Shown in pieces: positions 33,781-38,541 of a stretch of 38,541 nt of DNA. The notes beneath the pieces were generated by a model, which saw only the letters and a list, made by a program, of their open reading frames with translations, had not been told where the DNA came from and did not search any database. The translations under genes and the position numbers were made by a program. Origin of the DNA: Mesocricetibacter sp. (GTDB taxonomy: Bacteria > Pseudomonadota > Gammaproteobacteria > Enterobacterales > Pasteurellaceae); assembly GCA_041795785.1 (NCBI GenBank), contig JBHBXR010000058.1, forward strand, positions 1-38,541, given 5' to 3'. Position 1 is the first letter of the stretch. Every line of letters begins with the position of its first letter.

Positions 33781-34770
33781 ATGTTGACGCTAAAAAAATA
33801 CGGTTGGGAACTGACGTTATTCTGCCTTGTGATTATCGAAATCTTGGGTTTCGGCATGATTAATCCGAGAATGTTGGATTTAAACGTGTTGCTTTACAGT
33901 ACCAGCGATTTTATTTATATCGGTATGTTGGCATTGCCGTTGACCATGATTATCGTCAGCGGCGGTATGGATATTTCCTTCGGCTCCACCGTGGGACTAT
34001 GCGCGATTTTTCTCGGCGTGTTGTTTAAATCCGATGTGCCGTTGATGGCGGCGATTCCGTTGACTTTTGTGGTCGGTGTGCTGTGCGGATTAATCAATGC
34101 CGCATTAATTCTGTACACTAAAGTCAATCCGTTGGTGATTACGTTAGGCACCATGTATTTATTCGGCGGCGGCGCCTTATTGCTGTCCGGTTTTGCCGGC
34201 GCCACCGGTTACGAAGGGATCGGCGGTTTTCCCGATTCTTTATTGGATTTTGCCAATCAGAGCCTGTTCGGTATTCCGACGCCGATAATTTATTTCCTGT
34301 TGATGACTGCGCTATTTTGGTTGTTAATGCACCGAACCAGCGTCGGCAGAAGCACGTTTTTAATCGGGCAAAGCGAACGAACCTCCCGTTACAGTGCCGT
34401 GCCGATTAAGAAAACTTTACTGATTATTTATTCCTCCATCGGACTGGTTGCCGCTTTTGTCGCCGTTTTGTTGGTGTCTTATTTCGGCTCGGCGCGTTCT
34501 GATCTCGGCAGCTCATTGTTAATGCCCGTACTGACGGCAGTAGTGCTTGGCGGTGCCAATATTTACGGTGGTTCGGGTTCGATTATCGGTACCGCTATCG
34601 CAGCCTTGCTTATCGGTTATTTACAACAAGGCTTACAAATGGTCGGCGTGCCGAATGAAATTTCCAGTGCCTTATCGGGCGCATTACTTATCATCGTGTT
34701 AATCGGAAAATCTGTCAGTTTGCATTATGGCGCTGTTATGCAATGGGTTCGACGACACATTCATTCATAA
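33781..34770 (+). CDS. lsrD: AI-2 ABC importer permease
   Basis: 329-aa ribose-type permease, second permease of the operon. GGGAGG Shine-Dalgarno upstream. Confidence 0.9.
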   Translation: MLTLKKYGWELTLFCLVIIEILGFGMINPRMLDLNVLLYSTSDFIYIGMLALPLTMIIVSGGMDISFGSTVGLCAIFLGVLFKSDVPLMAAIPLTFVVGVLCGLINAALILYTKVNPLVITLGTMYLFGGGALLLSGFAGATGYEGIGGFPDSLLDFANQSLFGIPTPIIYFLLMTALFWLLMHRTSVGRSTFLIGQSERTSRYSAVPIKKTLLIIYSSIGLVAAFVAVLLVSYFGSARSDLGSSLLMPVLTAVVLGGANIYGGSGSIIGTAIAALLIGYLQQGLQMVGVPNEISSALSGALLIIVLIGKSVSLHYGAVMQWVRRHIHS

Positions 34771-34792
34771 CTCAACTCAAGGAGAATCTAGT

Positions 34793-35809
34793 ATGAAAAC
34801 TCAATTAAAAGCGACCGCACTTGCCATTGCTCTTGGTTTATCCGCCGTGACGGCGGCTCAGGCAGCCGACCGTATCGCCTTTATTCCTAAATTGGTTGGG
34901 GTCGGTTTCTTCACCAGCGGCGGACAAGGTGCAACGGATATGGGCAAAACCTTAGGCGTGGATGTCACCTATGACGGACCGACCGAACCGAGCGTATCCA
35001 ACCAAGTACAGTTGATTAATAACTTTGTCAATCAGGGCTATAATGCAATTATCGTTTCGGCGGTTTCTCCCGACGGTTTATGTTCCACACTACAACGCGC
35101 CATGAAACGCGGTGTGAAAGTGCTGACTTGGGATTCGGACGTAAAACCGGAATGCCGCAGCTATTATATCAACCAAGGCACACCGGTTCAGTTAGGCTCT
35201 ATGTTGGTGGATATGGCGGCAAGTCAGATCAGTAAACCGAAAGCAAAAGTGGCGTTTTTCTATTCAAGCCCGACGGTTACCGATCAAAACCAATGGGTGA
35301 CCGCTGCGAAAGAGAAAATTGCGAAAGAACATCCTGAATGGGAAATCGTGACCACGCAATTCGGTTATAATGATGCGATTAAATCATTGCAAACGGCGGA
35401 AGGGATTTTGAAAGCCTATCCGGATTTAGACGCCATTATCGCACCGGACGCTAATGCACTGCCGGCAGCGGCGCAAGCGGCGGAAAACCTGAAAGTCAGC
35501 AGCGTAGTGATTGTCGGTTTCAGTACGCCGAATGTGATGCGCCCTTATGTAAAACGCGGCACAGTGAAACAATTCGGGCTATGGGATGTTGTGCAACAGG
35601 GTAAAATTTCCGTTTCCGTTGTCAATGATTTATTAAAAGGCAAAACGCTGAAAGTGGGCGATAAACTGGACGTGCAAGGCATCGGCACGGTTGAAGTGTC
35701 GCCGAACAAAGTACAAGGTTACGATTACGAAGCGGAAGGTAACGGTATTATCCTGTTGCCTGAGCGCGTGGTCTTTACTAAAGACAATATCGATAACTAC
35801 AATTTCTAA
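34793..35809 (+). CDS. lsrB: Periplasmic AI-2-binding protein
   Basis: The ATG at 34793 follows an AAGGAG Shine-Dalgarno. Sec signal [26 protein letters not shown]. The mature protein is LsrB-like ([18 protein letters not shown]). The ORF-track start at 34727 overlaps lsrD. Confidence 0.93.
   Translation: MKTQLKATALAIALGLSAVTAAQAADRIAFIPKLVGVGFFTSGGQGATDMGKTLGVDVTYDGPTEPSVSNQVQLINNFVNQGYNAIIVSAVSPDGLCSTLQRAMKRGVKVLTWDSDVKPECRSYYINQGTPVQLGSMLVDMAASQISKPKAKVAFFYSSPTVTDQNQWVTAAKEKIAKEHPEWEIVTTQFGYNDAIKSLQTAEGILKAYPDLDAIIAPDANALPAAAQAAENLKVSSVVIVGFSTPNVMRPYVKRGTVKQFGLWDVVQQGKISVSVVNDLLKGKTLKVGDKLDVQGIGTVEVSPNKVQGYDYEAEGNGIILLPERVVFTKDNIDNYNF
34814..34822 (-). repeat. Uptake signal sequence core (Hin-type)
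   Basis: ACCGCACTT, inside the lsrB signal-peptide region. Confidence 0.9.
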
Positions 35810-35828
35810 TTATGAATAGGAGAAAATA

Positions 35829-36707
35829 ATGGCAGATTTAGATGACATCAAGGACGGTAAAGATTTCGGGTTGGATCGACCGCAAACCAACAAGGCGTTT
35901 TATTTGAAAGGCGCCGGCGCATTGGATTGGGGTATGCAGTCCCGTTTGGCGGATATTTTTAATCCGAAAACGGGGAAAACCATTATGTTAGCCTTTGATC
36001 ACGGTTATTTCCAAGGTCCGACTACCGGATTGGAGCGTATTGATCTGCATATTGCGCCGTTGTTCGAATATACCGACGTACTAATGTGTACGCGCGGCAT
36101 TTTGCGTAGCGTGGTGCCGCCGCAAACCCGTAAACCGGTGGTATTGCGCGCTTCCGGGGCGAATTCGATTTTAACCGAATTGTCGAACGAAGCCGTTGCG
36201 GTGTGCATTGAAGACGCATTGCGTTTAAATGTGTCTGCGATGGCGGCACAGGTGTATATCGGTTCCGAATACGAACATCAATCCATTAAAAATATCATTC
36301 AATTGGTTGACCAAGGCACGCGTTACGGTATGCCGACGATGGCGGTTACCGGTGTCGGTAAGGATATGGCGCGCGATCAGCGTTATTTCTCATTGGCAAC
36401 CCGTATTGCGGCGGAAATGGGCGCGCACATTATCAAAACCTATTATGTGGATAAAGGTTTTGAACGTGTAACGGCGGGTTGTCCGGTGCCGATTGTGATT
36501 GCCGGCGGTAAAAAACTGCCTGAAGCGGAAGCGCTGGATATGTGCTATAAAGCCATTGATCAAGGTGCATTAGGGGTGGATATGGGACGCAATATTTTCC
36601 AATCCGACGCGCCTATTGCCATGCTGAAAGCCGTACATGCGGTTGTACACGGCGGCGAGAACGCAGAAAAAGCCTATCAACTTTATTTAGACGAAAAAAA
36701 CGCTTAA
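35829..36707 (+). CDS. lsrF: 3-hydroxy-5-phosphonooxypentane-2,4-dione thiolase (class I aldolase fold)
   Basis: 292 aa. Starts [13 protein letters not shown] and contains [20 protein letters not shown] and IIKTYY, colinear with enteric LsrF as I recall it. Confidence 0.94.
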   Translation: MADLDDIKDGKDFGLDRPQTNKAFYLKGAGALDWGMQSRLADIFNPKTGKTIMLAFDHGYFQGPTTGLERIDLHIAPLFEYTDVLMCTRGILRSVVPPQTRKPVVLRASGANSILTELSNEAVAVCIEDALRLNVSAMAAQVYIGSEYEHQSIKNIIQLVDQGTRYGMPTMAVTGVGKDMARDQRYFSLATRIAAEMGAHIIKTYYVDKGFERVTAGCPVPIVIAGGKKLPEAEALDMCYKAIDQGALGVDMGRNIFQSDAPIAMLKAVHAVVHGGENAEKAYQLYLDEKNA

Positions 36708-36718
36708 TTTAAGCCTTC

Positions 36719-36748
36719 AGCGGTAAGAGTTTTCTTACCGCTCTTTTC
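36719..36748 (+). terminator. Terminator-like hairpin inside the lsr operon (lsrF-lsrG spacer)
   Basis: AGCGGTAAGA-gttt-TCTTACCGCT (10-bp perfect stem) followed by CTTTTC. Confidence 0.6.
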
Positions 36749-36773
36749 ATTGCTTGGCAATTAAGGAGTCATT

Positions 36774-37085
36774 ATGTTTGCAATGCTGGTTGAAATTAAT
36801 ATTAAAGAAGGAAAAGAACGGGAATTTCTGGAAGTGTTTGAACGCAATCATTTAGGCACCCGCAAAGAGCCGGGTAATCTGCGTTTTGACGTATTACGCG
36901 ATCCGGAAGTGAAAACGCGTTTTTATGCCTATGAAGTATATGTGAACGAACAAGCATTGGAAGAACACCGCAAAACTCCGCATTATCACCGCTGTGTTGC
37001 CGAACTGGAGCCGTTGATGACCGGCAGCAGAAGTAAAAAAATCTTTGATTGGGTGATGCCGGAGAGTTTTGACAATGAATGCTGA
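36774..37085 (+). CDS. lsrG: (4S)-4-hydroxy-5-phosphonooxypentane-2,3-dione isomerase
   Basis: 103-aa ABM-fold protein containing [13 protein letters not shown] and HRKTPHY, colinear with E. coli LsrG. AAGGAG Shine-Dalgarno upstream. Confidence 0.93.
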   Translation: MFAMLVEINIKEGKEREFLEVFERNHLGTRKEPGNLRFDVLRDPEVKTRFYAYEVYVNEQALEEHRKTPHYHRCVAELEPLMTGSRSKKIFDWVMPESFDNEC

Positions 37086-37782
37086 TACGTCGAACACAGA
37101 TAAAGTGCGGTTGATTTCACGCTTAAAATCTCAGCCGATCAGCGTCGGCATTTTGGCTTCCGATTGGTTAAAATTATCGGAAACCTTATCAATATTATCT
37201 CGGCGACAATTGCAGTTATTGCATTTTGATATTGCGGACGGACAATTTTCGCCGTTGTTTACCGTGGGAAGTATAGCCGTAAAACAGTTTGCGCATCCTT
37301 TTATCAAAGACGTACATTTAATGGTAAAAGATCCGCTTTCCGTAGCGCAAAGCTGTTTTCATGCCGGCGCGGATATTATTACCCTGCAAATTGAAACGGA
37401 TGAGAATCTCAGTACAGTTTACACCTGGTTGAATGCGCAGGATCATCCGCCGTTGTGCGGTATCAGCATTTGTCCCAAAACGGATCTTTCTTTATTGCAG
37501 GATTACCTGCCGCAAGTGGACTTAATTCAGCTTTTAACGCTTGATCCGAGAACGGGTAAGAAAGCGGACGAACGGACCGTGCTTGAACGCATTAAACAGA
37601 CATTAGAAATGCTCGGCACGGAACGCCCGCACAAGTTGATTACCGTGGACGGCTCAATGAATCTTGAGCTGGCTAAAAAAGTCAACCAACTGGATATTGA
37701 TTGGGTGGTCTCAGGCAGCGCCCTGTTTGCTTCCCCCGAAACGGAGCAAACACTGATAAAATGGCAAACGGAATTGGGTTAA
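37075..37782 (+). CDS. lsrE: Ribulose-phosphate 3-epimerase family paralog, LsrE-like
   Basis: Rpe-family blocks are present ([41 protein letters not shown]). The ATG at 37075 lies 8 nt after a GGAGAG Shine-Dalgarno and overlaps the lsrG stop by 11 nt. The position after lsrG mirrors Salmonella lsrE. The symbol is tentative. Confidence 0.75.
   Translation: MNADTSNTDKVRLISRLKSQPISVGILASDWLKLSETLSILSRRQLQLLHFDIADGQFSPLFTVGSIAVKQFAHPFIKDVHLMVKDPLSVAQSCFHAGADIITLQIETDENLSTVYTWLNAQDHPPLCGISICPKTDLSLLQDYLPQVDLIQLLTLDPRTGKKADERTVLERIKQTLEMLGTERPHKLITVDGSMNLELAKKVNQLDIDWVVSGSALFASPETEQTLIKWQTELG
37103..37111 (+). repeat. Uptake signal sequence core (Hin-type)
   Basis: AAGTGCGGT, inside the lsrE-like gene. 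Confidence 0.9.
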
Positions 37783-37861
37783 CGTCTTCCTCTATAAGAC
37801 ATTGAGCCGTTTCTTAGCAATTTTGTCTACTATGCCCCTTTATCTACGATGTTGTATAGAC

Positions 37862-37893
37862 AAAAACGGCATACCGAAGTATGCCGCTTTTTT
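37862..37893. terminator. Bidirectional terminator (lsrE-like / efp)
   Basis: AAAAA-CGGCATAC-cgaa-GTATGCCG-CTTTTTT. Confidence 0.85.
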
Positions 37894-37904
37894 ACATCTG
37901 ATAA

Positions 37905-38471
37905 TTATTTCACGCGGGAAACATATTCGCCCGAACGGGTATCCACTTTGATCACTTCACCGATTTGTACGAATAACGGCACTTTTACTACCGCACCGGT
38001 GCTTAAGGTTGCCGGTTTGCCGCCGGTACCTGCGGTATCGCCTTTCAAACCCGGATCCGTGTCGACGATTTCCAATTCAACGAAATTCGGCGGTGTGACG
38101 GAAATCGGTGCGCCGTTCCATAAAGTAACGATACAATCCGCTTGATCCAATAACCATTTTTCCGCATCGCCGATTGCTTTGGCATCCGCCGAGTATTGTT
38201 CAAAGGTTTCAGGGTGCATAAAATACCAGAAGGCATCGTCTTTGTAAGAGTAAGTCAGGTTTAAATCCATCACATCCGCGCCTTCCACTGACGTGCCTGA
38301 TTTGAAGTTTACATCCAATACTTTGCCGGAAATTAATTTGCGGATACGGGTGCGGGTAAACGCTTGACCTTTTCCCGGTTTAACGAATTCATTTTCAACA
38401 ATAACGCAAGGCTCGCCGTCTTGCATAAATTTTAGACCTGGTTTGAAATCACTGGTAGTATATGTAGCCAT
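37905..38471 (-). CDS. efp: Translation elongation factor P
   Basis: 188 aa. Starts [14 protein letters not shown] and carries the modification loop VKPGKGQAF (Lys34). GAGGA Shine-Dalgarno upstream. Confidence 0.97.
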   Translation of the reverse strand: MATYTTSDFKPGLKFMQDGEPCVIVENEFVKPGKGQAFTRTRIRKLISGKVLDVNFKSGTSVEGADVMDLNLTYSYKDDAFWYFMHPETFEQYSADAKAIGDAEKWLLDQADCIVTLWNGAPISVTPPNFVELEIVDTDPGLKGDTAGTGGKPATLSTGAVVKVPLFVQIGEVIKVDTRSGEYVSRVK

Positions 38472-38541
38472 ATTATCCTCAATTTGATAGAGCTTATTTT
38501 TAAAAGTGCGTATTTTAACCCAAAATAACGGAATTAGAGAA

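Overview
This 38.5 kb window is a Pasteurellaceae core-chromosome segment. I found at least 22 perfect Hin-type uptake signal sequence cores (AAGTGCGGT) by eye. Together with the gene content, this points to the Aggregatibacter/Haemophilus/Pasteurella group, and the complete lsr locus fits Aggregatibacter or Pasteurella best. I cannot name the species without a database search. Gene blocks, left to right: nqrB(partial)CDEF-apbE-nqrM; mnmA, a GNAT acetyltransferase, hflD, purB; a small AT-rich two-gene orphan module (unknown 126-aa protein divergent from an XRE-HTH regulator); murJ / rpsT; ytjB(smp) / serB-yajQ; cysZ-cysK; zipA-ligA-ytfL; rpsF-priB-rpsR-rplI; ubiE-ubiJ-ubiB-tatABC; an orphan TPM-domain membrane protein; the AI-2 quorum-sensing locus lsrRK / lsrACDBFG plus a Salmonella-lsrE-like Rpe paralog; and efp. 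All recognised genes look intact. I saw no tRNA, rRNA, CRISPR array, transposase or integrase. Most of the window is ordinary housekeeping DNA, and I do not see a large novel multi-gene system. The best candidate for something undescribed is the purB-murJ orphan module at 8757-9542, which has dual palindromic operators and a weak HEPN-like R-x5-H motif. Secondary points are the uncharacterised lsrE-like epimerase paralog, a terminator-like hairpin inside the lsr operon, and the symmetric lsr control region. Every family assignment comes from motif and sequence recognition by eye, so homology and structure searches are needed to confirm them.
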